Source: Chthoniobacterales bacterium | Lineage (GTDB): Bacteria > Verrucomicrobiota > Verrucomicrobiia > Chthoniobacterales > JACTMZ01 | Assembly: GCA_014879535.1 (NCBI GenBank) | Contig: JACSRX010000089.1 | Location: 9,905 to 73,904 of the forward strand | DNA length: 64,000 nucleotides | Direction of reading: 5' to 3' | Shown here: positions 19,506 to 27,923 of the stretch, in pieces | Numbering within the stretch: position 1 is the stretch's first letter | How the letters are laid out: each line of letters opens with the position of its first letter | The notes under the pieces: model-generated | What the model was told of the DNA's origin: nothing | What the model saw: the letters and a program-made list of their open reading frames with translations, nothing else | Database searches by the model: none | Translations under genes and position numbers: made by a program

Positions 19506-20782
19506 TGCAGGCGGAGATCATCAACACCGGCTCGGAACTGCTTCTCGGCTTGGTTCAAAACAGGCACCTCTCCCACCTCGCGTTGGAACTGACCCCCCTC
19601 GGCATCACCGCGGAGCGCCAAGTGTGCGTGCCCGACGGCCCTCCCGTCCGTGAAGCCATCGACCAGGCGCTGGACCGCGCCGAGGTGGTCATCGTCACCG
19701 GCGGACTCGGACCGACCTCGGACGACATCACGCGCGAGGCGGCCGCGGAGCTGCTTGGCTGTCCGCTGCACACGGATGAAAGCATCCTGCAGGCCATCCG
19801 CGCCCGGTTCGCCCGGCGGAACCTGCCCATGGCCGACAACGTGGGGCGTCAGGCCATGGTGCCGGCGGGCGCCCGGGTGCTTCCGAACAATTTCGGAACG
19901 GCACCGGGCCTGTATTTTCCTCCGCCCACCTTGGGCATGCGCCCGGCACGGCACCTATTCCTGCTGCCGGGGCCTCCCCGCGAGCTTCATCCCATGGTCC
20001 GGGATCATGTGCTGCCGATCCTGCGGGCCGCGCTGCCCCCGGAGGAGGACCGCGAGTGCCGCATCTACCGGCTCACCGGCATCGGCGAGAGCCAGGTCGA
20101 AAGCCGCATCGGGTGCCAAGTCATGGCTCGCGGGGACATCGAGGTCGGCTACTGCGCGCGGCCGGCCGAGGTGGACTTCCGCATCATCGGTCCGCGGCGC
20201 GCGCTGGACGAGATCGAGCCCGGGATCGTGGCGGAAGTCGGGGAGTGGATTTATTCGCGGGGCGACACGCTCGAACAATCGCTGGTCGCGCACCTCCGCG
20301 CACAGCATCTCTCACTCGCCGTGGCGGAATCCTGCACCGGCGGCTCCGTGGCCGACCGCATCACCGATGTCCCCGGAGCCTCGGAAATCTTCCTCGCAGG
20401 CCTCGTCACTTATGCGAACTCGGCCAAGGAGACAGTCCTCGGCGTTCCCCGCGAGCTTCTGGAGAAACACGGGGCGGTGAGCGAGCCGGTGGCGGCGGCC
20501 ATGGCGGACGGCGCCCGCCGTGCAAGCGGGAGCCACTTCGCCCTTTCCACCACCGGCATCGCGGGCCCGGATGGCGGCAGCGACGACAAGCCGGTCGGCA
20601 CGGTGTTCATCGGACTCGCGGCGCAGGACCACCCGACAGTCGTGCGAAGGTGCTTCTTCCCGGTGGACCGCGCAACCTTCAAACAAATGGCCGCCTCCGC
20701 GGCCCTCGACCTTCTGCGGCGGCACCTGCTAGGTTTGCCTCTCGATCCCGGCGGCGGGAGCGCCCTCCCGACATTGGGCTGA
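19505..20782 (+). CDS. cinA: CinA family competence/damage-inducible protein (NMN amidohydrolase type)
   Basis: ATG 19505 overlaps the upstream TGA. Has a MoCF-binding N-domain (EIINTGSELLLG, VIVTGGLGPTSDD) and a CinA C-domain (ESCTGG). Confidence 0.9.
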   Translation: MQAEIINTGSELLLGLVQNRHLSHLALELTPLGITAERQVCVPDGPPVREAIDQALDRAEVVIVTGGLGPTSDDITREAAAELLGCPLHTDESILQAIRARFARRNLPMADNVGRQAMVPAGARVLPNNFGTAPGLYFPPPTLGMRPARHLFLLPGPPRELHPMVRDHVLPILRAALPPEEDRECRIYRLTGIGESQVESRIGCQVMARGDIEVGYCARPAEVDFRIIGPRRALDEIEPGIVAEVGEWIYSRGDTLEQSLVAHLRAQHLSLAVAESCTGGSVADRITDVPGASEIFLAGLVTYANSAKETVLGVPRELLEKHGAVSEPVAAAMADGARRASGSHFALSTTGIAGPDGGSDDKPVGTVFIGLAAQDHPTVVRRCFFPVDRATFKQMAASAALDLLRRHLLGLPLDPGGGSALPTLG

Positions 20783-20804
20783 ACGCGCGCCGCATCCCAC
20801 CTCC

Positions 20805-21371
20805 ATGCGCATCGGCATCTTCGGCGGCAGCTTCAATCCGGTTCACCACGGGCACCTCATCCTTGCCCGCGCCGCAAGGGAGGAACTCGGCCTCGACCGC
20901 CTGCTCTTCATCCCGGCCAACCTTTCTCCGCACAAGACAGACACCACCCCGGCGACCGCGGATGACCGCATGGCCATGCTCCGGCTTGCCCTCGACGGGG
21001 AACCGGATTCCGAGGCCTGCGACTTCGAATTGCAACGTCCGCCCCCGAGCTACACGGTGGACACCCTGCGCCAGCTCGCGCCGCTCCATCCGGACACGGA
21101 GTTGGTCCTGCTCATCGGGGCGGACAACGTCGAAAAGTTCCACACGTGGCGCGAGCCCGAAGAAATCGCGCGGCTCGCACGCATCGCCGTCCTCGAACGC
21201 GCCACCGGCGCCCCCCCGCATCCGTGGCCCGTCGTCCGGCGGCTGATCGACATCTCCTCGACCGACATCCGCCAACGCGTCGCCCGCGGGGCCCGCATAC
21301 GCTATTTGACGCCGGACAGCGTCTGCGATTACATCAGGCAGCAAGGCCTTTACCGAACGAGTGACACCTGA
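20805..21371 (+). CDS. nadD: Nicotinate-nucleotide adenylyltransferase
   Basis: 188-aa ORF with GIFGGSFNPVHHGH and ISSTDIR motifs. Confidence 0.9.
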   Translation: MRIGIFGGSFNPVHHGHLILARAAREELGLDRLLFIPANLSPHKTDTTPATADDRMAMLRLALDGEPDSEACDFELQRPPPSYTVDTLRQLAPLHPDTELVLLIGADNVEKFHTWREPEEIARLARIAVLERATGAPPHPWPVVRRLIDISSTDIRQRVARGARIRYLTPDSVCDYIRQQGLYRTSDT

Positions 21372-21723
21372 TTCCGAAACCATCGCCCTCGCCGCAGCCC
21401 GCGCCGCATCCGACAAAAAGGCCGAGAACATCCGCATCCTTGATCTCCGCAAGGTTTCGAGCTTCGCCGATTTCTTCGTCATCTGCACCGGCACGAGCGA
21501 TCCGCACCTGAAGGCGATCGGAAGCGAAGTCCGGGAACGCCTGCGCGACGAACTCGGCCTCACGGCCCATGCCGACGGTGCCCCCGCCAGCCAATGGATC
21601 GTCCTCGATTACAACGGCGTGCTCATCCATGTGTTCCAGCCGGACAAGCGCGAGTTCTACGACCTGGAATCCCTCTGGCGCGACGCACCGGAAGTCCCGT
21701 TCGAGGATGCCCCGGCGGGCTGA
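21361..21723 (+). CDS. rsfS: Ribosome silencing factor
   Basis: 120-aa ORF with block ILDLRKVSSFADFFVICTGTS..H and WIVLDYNGVLIHVF. In the conserved position after nadD. Confidence 0.9.
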   Translation: MTPDSETIALAAARAASDKKAENIRILDLRKVSSFADFFVICTGTSDPHLKAIGSEVRERLRDELGLTAHADGAPASQWIVLDYNGVLIHVFQPDKREFYDLESLWRDAPEVPFEDAPAG

Positions 21724-21830
21724 ACCGCGGGCGCAGGGCGGCTCCCTCAGTTCCGGGGACGCATGCCTGCCCGCACCGCCGGAGAATCCTCTTGCCGGAA
21801 GGAAGCCGCCAGCCTACACGCAACGGCATC

Positions 21831-22370
21831 ATGAAAATCGAATGCCGCAACCTCCTCCTCGCCATCTCCGCCGTCCTCTTGGCTGGCACCCCGGCCCTTC
21901 GCGCCGAATTGAGCACCCTGCACTACCCGACGCAGGACGAATCCATGTTTTCCATCGAGGCCCCCGGGGAATGGGAAGTGACAGAAATCAAGGAAGTGGG
22001 CGATTTCGGGTCGCTTGAAAGCGAGAATGGTTCCGTCCTTCAGTTCCGCGCCGTCGAACTCGAAAGCGAGGAGGAAGCCAAAAAGGAAATCGACTCCATC
22101 TTCGATTCCACCGCCAAGTTCCTCACCGAGAATTACACCGACGTCCAGCTCGACGAACCCCAGGAAGTTTCCATCAAAGGGCAGCCCGGCGCGCAGCTCA
22201 CCGGCAGCGGCAAGGACAAGGAGGGCAACGATGTCAAATTCCTCTCCGCAATGATCGCGCTCGGGCCCACGACCATCGCCGAGATCTGGGCCGCCGTCGC
22301 GCATGAAGGAAACGACGACCTCGCCAAAGCCCAGAAAATTCTGGAGTCCTTCAAGCCCGCGTCCAACTGA
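21831..22370 (+). CDS. Secreted acidic hypothetical protein (179 aa)
   Basis: ATG 21831 inside ORF 21594..22370. Signal peptide MKIECRNLLLAISAVLLAGTPALRA. Confidence 0.6.
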   Translation: MKIECRNLLLAISAVLLAGTPALRAELSTLHYPTQDESMFSIEAPGEWEVTEIKEVGDFGSLESENGSVLQFRAVELESEEEAKKEIDSIFDSTAKFLTENYTDVQLDEPQEVSIKGQPGAQLTGSGKDKEGNDVKFLSAMIALGPTTIAEIWAAVAHEGNDDLAKAQKILESFKPASN

Positions 22371-22420
22371 CGGAAGCAGGCGCCCTGCCAAAGGTGCCCT
22401 GCGGGCCAAGCCCCGTCCCG

Positions 22421-23341
22421 CTACTTCCGCGCCGTGGCCAGCACCGTCTGGAAATGCGGCGCCTTGGACTCGCGGCTCACGACGGACACCTCCGCGTCGC
22501 GGAATCCCGCGCGCTCGATCAGGCGGAGCAGTTCCACCTCGGAAAATCCGAGCCAGACGTGCGCGTAAAGGGTCCTCGCCTGCTCGAAGGAATGGCTCAG
22601 CAGGTCGAGCACCATGAGGCGTCCGCCCGGCTTGAGGATCTTGTGGGCCGCGGTCAGCGCCTTTCCGGGGCTCGCGGCGTGGTGAAGCGCCTGGCTGAAG
22701 AGCGCCAAGTCCACGATGCCGGCCTTGATCGGCGGATCCTCGATCTCGCCCAGGCAATACTCCAGGTTCGTGATTCCGTTCTCCGCCGCCAGTTTCGAAC
22801 CGAACTCGACCATCGCCGGCGAGTTGTCCACCGCGATCACGCGCTTGGCTGTGCGGGCCAGCAATTGCGAAAGCGTCCCCTCGCCGGCCCCGAGATCCGC
22901 AATCACCATCGGCGGGAGCAGGCGCAGCAACCCGTGCGCCAGGGCCCGCCAGGATCGCCCCGGCACATAGGTCCTGCCGAATTTCCCCGCCAACTGGTTG
23001 AAATACTCCCCCGCCTGGTCCTGACGCTTGTGCAGCACGAGCTTCAAGGCCGCCGAGTCCTGCGGCGCCTCCGGAAGTTCGCTGCTGCCGCTCTCGACCA
23101 GCTCCTCGACGGCGGCCGGCAACGCGCGCGTCCTTGAATAGTAGATGTTCTTGCCAGCGCGGCGATCCGCCACCAGCCCCTCCGCCTTCAACTGCGCCAG
23201 ATGCGCGCTGATGCGCGACTGCCCCATCCCGAGGATCTGCTGCAACTCGGCCACGGTCAGTTCCTCCTCCCCGAGCAGATGCAGAATCCGCAACCGCGTC
23301 GGATCGGAGAGCAGCTTCAGGATTTTCAGGGTGCCCCGCAT
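22421..23341 (-). CDS. SahR-like regulator: ArsR-type wHTH fused to a SAM-methyltransferase-fold sensor domain
   Basis: 306-aa ORF. N-terminus LKLLSDPTRLRILHLL..LTVAELQQILGMGQSRISAHLAQL is ArsR/SmtB type. C-terminus VIADLGAGEGTLS..VIAVDNS is MTase motif I/II. It diverges from metK-ahcY. Confidence 0.8.
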   Translation of the reverse strand: MRGTLKILKLLSDPTRLRILHLLGEEELTVAELQQILGMGQSRISAHLAQLKAEGLVADRRAGKNIYYSRTRALPAAVEELVESGSSELPEAPQDSAALKLVLHKRQDQAGEYFNQLAGKFGRTYVPGRSWRALAHGLLRLLPPMVIADLGAGEGTLSQLLARTAKRVIAVDNSPAMVEFGSKLAAENGITNLEYCLGEIEDPPIKAGIVDLALFSQALHHAASPGKALTAAHKILKPGGRLMVLDLLSHSFEQARTLYAHVWLGFSEVELLRLIERAGFRDAEVSVVSRESKAPHFQTVLATARK

Positions 23342-23354
23342 CGTTTTTTCGATA

Positions 23355-23388
23355 GACGCATCAAAATATCATGATATCTTGATGCGTC
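23355..23388. promoter_or_regulatory. 34-bp near-perfect palindrome, candidate operator for the ArsR/SahR-like regulator
   Basis: GACGCATCAAaATATCATGATATcTTGATGCGTC. The inner 12-mer ATATCATGATAT is a perfect palindrome and the outer arms are 10/10. It lies 14 nt from the regulator ATG and 56 nt from the metK ATG. Confidence 0.6.
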
Positions 23389-23443
23389 ACGTTCAAAAGC
23401 CGGCCTCCTCGGTCGGCGGGCGTGACCAACAACACCACATTCC

Positions 23444-24664
23444 ATGACATCGAACTACATCTTCTCCTCCGAGTCCGTCGGCGAAGGCCATCCCGACAAA
23501 GTTTGCGACACCATTTCCGACGCCATTCTGGACGCCTGCCTCCGGATCGACCCGAAGAGCCGTGTGGCCTGCGAAACTTTCGCCAAGAGCAACCTCGTCG
23601 TCGTGGGCGGCGAAATCACCATCCCCAAGCTCCAGAACCTGAAGACCGGAACCACCAAACCCATCGATCAGGTCATCAACGTGGGCAAGGTCGTCCGCGA
23701 TGCCGTCCAAGGCATCGGCTACGTGAATGACGACGACGTGTTCCACGCCGACAAGATTTTCATCAACAACAGCCTCACCACCCAGTCCCCCGACATCTCC
23801 CAAGGCGTCGATGCCAAGAAGGCCGTGGGAAAAAAGACCGCCGAGCAGGGCGCCGGCGACCAGGGGATCATGTTCGGCTACGCCTGCAATGAGACCAAGG
23901 AGCTGATGCCCGCTCCGATCATGTTCGCCCACCGCCTGGGACGCGAACTCACCCGCATCCGCAAGAGCGGCAAGGCCCCGTGGCTCCGCCCCGACGCCAA
24001 GAGCCAGGTGTCCGTCGAATACGTGGACGGCAAACCCGTCCGCATCACCAACGTCGTGATCTCCACCCAGCACGCCGCGAGTGCGAAGCACAAGGACATC
24101 GAGAAGTTCTGCATCGAGAACGTCATCAAGAAGGTCCTTCCCAAGTCCATGCTGACCTCCAAGACGGAGTATCTCATCAACCCGACCGGCAAGTTTGTCG
24201 TCGGTGGACCCCAGGGAGACAGCGGCCTCACCGGGCGCAAGATCATCGTGGACACCTACGGCGGCATGGGTCGCCACGGCGGCGGTGCCTTCTCCGGCAA
24301 GGATCCCTCCAAGGTGGACCGCAGCGCCGCCTACATGGCCCGCTGGGTTGCCAAGAACGTCGTGGCCTCCGGCCTCGCCGCCAAATGCGAGGTCCAATTC
24401 GCCTATGCCATCGGCCACCCCAAACCGGTCAGCGTCCACATCGACACCTTCGGAACCGGAGCCGTGTCCGACGCCAAAATCCTCAAGGCCGTCCTCAAGG
24501 TCTTCAGCTTCAAGCCGGCGGACATCGTCAGCCAGCTCAAGCTGTTGCGCCCGATCTATTCCAAGACGACCAACTACGGCCACTTCGGCAAGATCGGCGA
24601 CAAGGACATCACCTGGGAGATCACCAACAAAGCCGCGGAACTCCGCAAGGCGGCCGGGCTCTGA
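23444..24664 (+). CDS. metK: S-adenosylmethionine synthetase
   Basis: 406-aa ORF with [25 protein letters not shown] and [16 protein letters not shown]. Confidence 0.95.
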   Translation: MTSNYIFSSESVGEGHPDKVCDTISDAILDACLRIDPKSRVACETFAKSNLVVVGGEITIPKLQNLKTGTTKPIDQVINVGKVVRDAVQGIGYVNDDDVFHADKIFINNSLTTQSPDISQGVDAKKAVGKKTAEQGAGDQGIMFGYACNETKELMPAPIMFAHRLGRELTRIRKSGKAPWLRPDAKSQVSVEYVDGKPVRITNVVISTQHAASAKHKDIEKFCIENVIKKVLPKSMLTSKTEYLINPTGKFVVGGPQGDSGLTGRKIIVDTYGGMGRHGGGAFSGKDPSKVDRSAAYMARWVAKNVVASGLAAKCEVQFAYAIGHPKPVSVHIDTFGTGAVSDAKILKAVLKVFSFKPADIVSQLKLLRPIYSKTTNYGHFGKIGDKDITWEITNKAAELRKAAGL

Positions 24665-24675
24665 GAGGCCGGCCG

Positions 24676-25103
24676 GAGTTTTCAGTGATTCAGTTTTCAG
24701 TGTTCAGCAAATCCACAGCACCATGGCTTACCGGTCTTTCGAGGAACTCGAAGTCTGGCAGCGTGCCTGCCGTCAGGCTGTGGAGGTCTCCCGGGCATTC
24801 GAAGACTGCAAGAACTGGACGTTCCGCGACCAAATCCAGCGCGCCGCGTTGTCCGTTCCCTCGAACATCGCCGAGGGCTGCGAGCGCAACAGCGCGCCGG
24901 ATTTCAAGCGCTTCCTCAACATCGCGCTCGGCTCGAACGCCGAATTACGCACCCAACTCTACATCGCCGCGCGTATCGGCATAGTGTCCTCCGTCGATGC
25001 CATGGTCGCCGAAAACAAAGAAATCTCCGCCATGCTCAACGGCCTCCGCAAATCCCTCAAATCCTGAACTCACCAAAGACTGAAAACTGAACACTGAAAA
25101 CTC
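24676..25103. mobile_element. Inverted-repeat-bounded cassette carrying a four-helix-bundle (IVS-type) gene
   Basis: The left arm GAGTTTTCAGTGATTCAGTTTTCAGTG (24676-24702) pairs with the reverse complement of 25078-25103 (GAGTTTTCAGTGTTCAGTTTTCAGTC), with one bulged nucleotide and a mismatch at the innermost base. Both arms are built from GTTTTCAGT units. Confidence 0.55.
24723..25067 (+). CDS. Four-helix-bundle protein (23S rRNA intervening-sequence protein family, Avd-like fold)
   Basis: ATG 24723 inside ORF 24195..25067. Product MAYRSFEELEVWQRACRQAVEVSRAFE..IQRAALSVPSNIAEGCERNS..FLNIALGSNAELRTQL matches the family pattern. Confidence 0.85.
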   Translation: MAYRSFEELEVWQRACRQAVEVSRAFEDCKNWTFRDQIQRAALSVPSNIAEGCERNSAPDFKRFLNIALGSNAELRTQLYIAARIGIVSSVDAMVAENKEISAMLNGLRKSLKS

Positions 25104-25113
25104 CTCAAAAATC

Positions 25114-26547
25114 ATGACCACCAAATCCGCCACCGCACCAAAAAGAGACGACTTCAAAGTCGCCGACCTCGGCCTCGCCGACTGGGGCCGCAAGGAAATC
25201 GAAATCGCCGAGAAGGAAATGCCCGGCCTGATGTCCATCCGCGAGAAATACGCCAAGGAAAAGCCGCTGGCCGGCGTCCGCGTCACCGGCTCGCTGCACA
25301 TGACCATCCAGACCGCCGTCCTCATCGAGACGCTCGTCGCCCTCGGGGCCGACGTCCGCTGGGCGAGCTGCAACATCTTCTCGACGCAGGACCAGGCCGC
25401 CGCGGCCATCGCCGCCGCCGGCATCCCCGTCTTCGCGTGGAAGGGCGAGACCCTCGAGGAGTATTGGGACTGCACTTGGAAGGCCATCGTCAATGCCGAA
25501 GGCAAGGGCCCGCAGCTCGTCGTCGATGACGGCGGCGACGTCACCCTCTTCCTCCACAAGGGCTACGAGCTGGAAGACGGCGACGACTGGGTCAACACCC
25601 CCAGCGGCAGCCACGAGGAGAAGGTCATCAAGGACCTCCTCAAGAAGATCCACGCCGAGAGCCCCTACATCTTCCACGAACTCGTGAAGGAATGGCGCGG
25701 CGTCTCCGAGGAGACCACCACCGGCGTTCACCGCCTCTACAAGCTCCAGGAAATCGGCAAGCTCCTCGTCCCCGCGTTCAACGTCAACGACTCGGTCACC
25801 AAGTCGAAGTTCGACAACCTCTACGGCTGCCGCCACTCGCTGGTGGACGGACTCAACCGCGCGCTCGACGTCATGATTTCCGGCAAGGTCGCCGTGGTCT
25901 GCGGCTACGGGGACGTCGGCAAGGGCTCCGCCCAGTCGCTCCGCGGACAGGGCGCGCGCGTCATCGTCACCGAGATCGACCCGATCAACGCCCTGCAGGC
26001 CGCGATGGAGGGCTTCGAGGTCACCACGCTCGAGGACACCCTCGGCCGCGCCGACATCTACATCACCACGACCGGCAACAAGGACGTCATCACTGCCGAC
26101 CACATCTCGAAGATGAAGGACCAGGCCGTCATCGCGAACATCGGACACTTCGACAACGAGATCCAAGTGGACAAGCTCAACAACCTGCCCGGCGTGAAGA
26201 AGGTCAACATCAAGCCGCAGCTCGACAAATACGTCTTTCCCGACGGCAAGGAAGTCTTCCTGCTCGCCGAGGGACGCCTCGTCAACCTCGGCTGCGCCAC
26301 CGGCCACCCGAGCTTCGTCATGAGCAACAGCTTCTCCAATCAGACGCTGGCCGCGCTCGACCTGTGGAAGAACAAGGACGTTTACAAACCCGCCGTCTAT
26401 GTCCTTCCCAAGAAACTCGACGAGGAAGTCGCCCGCCTGCACCTGGAGAAAATCGGCGTCAAGCTGACCAAGCTCACCAAGGAGCAGTCCGAGTATCTCA
26501 GCGTCCCCGTCGAAGGCCCCTACAAGCCCGAGCATTACCGTTACTAG
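25114..26547 (+). CDS. ahcY: Adenosylhomocysteinase
   Basis: 477-aa ORF with [44 protein letters not shown] and C-terminus KPEHYRY. Confidence 0.95.
   Translation: MTTKSATAPKRDDFKVADLGLADWGRKEIEIAEKEMPGLMSIREKYAKEKPLAGVRVTGSLHMTIQTAVLIETLVALGADVRWASCNIFSTQDQAAAAIAAAGIPVFAWKGETLEEYWDCTWKAIVNAEGKGPQLVVDDGGDVTLFLHKGYELEDGDDWVNTPSGSHEEKVIKDLLKKIHAESPYIFHELVKEWRGVSEETTTGVHRLYKLQEIGKLLVPAFNVNDSVTKSKFDNLYGCRHSLVDGLNRALDVMISGKVAVVCGYGDVGKGSAQSLRGQGARVIVTEIDPINALQAAMEGFEVTTLEDTLGRADIYITTTGNKDVITADHISKMKDQAVIANIGHFDNEIQVDKLNNLPGVKKVNIKPQLDKYVFPDGKEVFLLAEGRLVNLGCATGHPSFVMSNSFSNQTLAALDLWKNKDVYKPAVYVLPKKLDEEVARLHLEKIGVKLTKLTKEQSEYLSVPVEGPYKPEHYRY
26512..26545 (+). repeat. Direct repeat copy A (functional last 11 codons of ahcY)
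   Basis: GAAGGCCCCTACAAGCCCGAGCATTACCGTTACT matches 27494-27527 at 32 of 34 positions. Confidence 0.8.
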
Positions 26548-26577
26548 GACGACTCACAGACCAGACCACATCAAAGG

Positions 26578-26605
26578 GGCCGTCCCGCAAGGGACGGCCT
26601 TCTTG
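26578..26605 (+). terminator. GC-rich GNRA-loop hairpin plus T-rich tail after ahcY (hairpin copy A)
   Basis: GGCCGTCCC-GCAA-GGGACGGCC followed by TTCTTG. The same 22-nt hairpin recurs at 27622-27653. Confidence 0.6.
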
Positions 26606-26670
26606 CTGCGCGCCAAGACCGGCCCATGCCTTCCCTCGCCAAAGCACGGAGCGGGTGCTAAGATTCCTCC

Positions 26671-26916
26671 ATGACCGTCGCAGTCACCGAAGCTGACCGG
26701 GAGTTCGTTCGGCGCTGGCAAACCGCCGGCCCCGCTCTTGATGCGGTCAAGTGGGCTGAGTTGCAGGCCATGGACGAAGCAGAGGGGTGCCGTCAGAGCG
26801 CCATCGTCATGGACATGGCCGACCGCTGGCTCCGGCAGAATCCGGAAATCACCCGTCCCTCGGGTCTGGTCGAGCAACAGAGAATCTTCGCGCGCTGGTG
26901 GAACAGCCGCACATAG
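26671..26916 (+). CDS. Hypothetical 81-aa protein, upstream partner of the nucleotidyltransferase-fold gene
   Basis: ORF MTVAVTEADREFVRRWQTAGPALDAVKWAELQAMDEAEG.... It overlaps the likely start of the next gene. No family recognised. Confidence 0.4.
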   Translation: MTVAVTEADREFVRRWQTAGPALDAVKWAELQAMDEAEGCRQSAIVMDMADRWLRQNPEITRPSGLVEQQRIFARWWNSRT

Positions 26917-27482
26917 GCGTCGTCGGAGCCGCGGCTCTCGAGCTGCAGCAGGTCTGCCTCGACCACGGTTGGAGGTATTGCTTCATCGGCGGTTTGGCCG
27001 TGCTGGCGTGGGCTTATCCGCGCAGCACGATTGATGCGGACATCACGCTGTTGCCGGGATTTGGCAGCGAGGAGCCTTGCATCGACACCCTTCTCGGTCG
27101 ATTCGAGGCGCGCTTGCCAGACCCACGCGAGTTCGCCCTGCGTAACCGCGTGCTCTTGCTGCGAAGCCGGGACAACGTCGGCTTGGACGTCGGACTGGGC
27201 GCACTTCCCTTTGAGGGGAACAGCATCGCCCGCTCGGTCCCGCGCGAAATCTTCAAGGGCTGCACCCTCCGCGTATGCAGCGCCGAGGATCTCGTGGTGC
27301 ACAAGGCCTTCGCCGCACGCGATCAGGACTGGGCCGATGTGGATTCGGTCCTCATGCGCCAAGGCCAACGCCTCAACATCCCTCAAATCTTGAACGAGCT
27401 GCAACCCTTGGTTGCCTTGAAGGAAGAACCGGAGATCATCGACCGGCTCATGGCACTCCTGCACAAAAGGGGATTGGCCTGA
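26898..27482 (+). CDS. Minimal nucleotidyltransferase-fold protein (MNT/DUF2204/DUF6036-like)
   Basis: Frame is open from 26787. I prefer GTG 26898, but the start is uncertain. Motifs are FIGGLAVLAWAYPRSTIDADITL (GG..x..R.T.D.D NTase signature) and AEDLVVHKAFAARDQDWADVDSVL. Confidence 0.6.
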   Translation: MEQPHIGVVGAAALELQQVCLDHGWRYCFIGGLAVLAWAYPRSTIDADITLLPGFGSEEPCIDTLLGRFEARLPDPREFALRNRVLLLRSRDNVGLDVGLGALPFEGNSIARSVPREIFKGCTLRVCSAEDLVVHKAFAARDQDWADVDSVLMRQGQRLNIPQILNELQPLVALKEEPEIIDRLMALLHKRGLA

Positions 27483-27493
27483 GCCGCTGACCT

Positions 27494-27527
27494 GAAAGCC
27501 CCAACAAGCCCGAGCATTACCGTTACT
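27494..27527 (+). repeat. Direct repeat copy B (relic of an ahcY C-terminus, ESPNKPEHYRY-stop)
   Basis: GAAAGCCCCAACAAGCCCGAGCATTACCGTTACT followed by TGA, with an in-frame TGA 6 nt upstream, so only about 11 codons of homology remain. Confidence 0.8.
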
Positions 27528-27621
27528 GACACACCCTCGCGCAGCGAAGGCGTGGGTTGGCATGTTGGCTGAGGCCTGTCTCGCAGCTCGGCTCAGTTGC
27601 CAGTTCACAGGCCCAACCAAT

Positions 27622-27653
27622 CCAAAGGCCGTCCCGCAAGGGACGGCCTTTGG
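27622..27653 (+). terminator. Hairpin copy B (14-bp stem, GCAA loop)
   Basis: CCAAAGGCCGTCCC-GCAA-GGGACGGCCTTTGG. The core is identical to 26578-26599. Confidence 0.5.
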
Positions 27654-27824
27654 CGTCTGCGAACTCGGGCCGCGCTCAACGACCTTCCGCTCGATTACAA
27701 CAAACCATGACTGCCCCCCACCTCCACAATTCATCCAATTCCAACCGAGGCGCAGCCTCTTCGGCCAGCTCAGGGCACTCCTGTGCGACTGAGCGCCAAG
27801 CCGCTGTCTTCGACCTTAGCCTTC

Positions 27825-27852
27825 TGTCAGGATTTGTTGACAGACCCCTTTT
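27825..27852. repeat. Left copy of a perfect 28-bp inverted repeat
   Basis: TGTCAGGATTTGTTGACAGACCCCTTTT. Contains an internal hairpin CTGTCA-N8-TGACAG. Confidence 0.9.
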
Positions 27853-27923
27853 TAACACCCGGCGCTCTTGCCTCAGGCGAGATCATCACCGCCTCCGTGA
27901 TTCTCAAGAGAGCTACCGCGACT

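Noticed and set aside
23389-23443. SAM or SAH riboswitch upstream of metK, or upstream of ahcY at 25068-25113
   Set aside because: Only about 55 and 46 nt are available, and no conserved riboswitch core or pseudoknot-forming segments are visible. Regulation is better explained by the SahR-like repressor and its palindrome.
23393-26535. ORFs 23393..24583 (-), 23980..24984 (+), 25105..26535 (-), 25692..26696 (+)
   Set aside because: They overlap metK and ahcY, whose frames carry unambiguous family motifs. The alternative frames are compositionally junk.
27676-27858. 60-aa reverse ORF containing ...PRLELDELWRWG..., reminiscent of the (L/I)DE(L/M)W block of IS1-type transposases. It might be a transposase relic next to the left repeat.
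   Set aside because: The similarity is limited to about 6 residues in a short ORF that also runs through the 28-bp repeat. That is far too little to call a transposase remnant without a database search.
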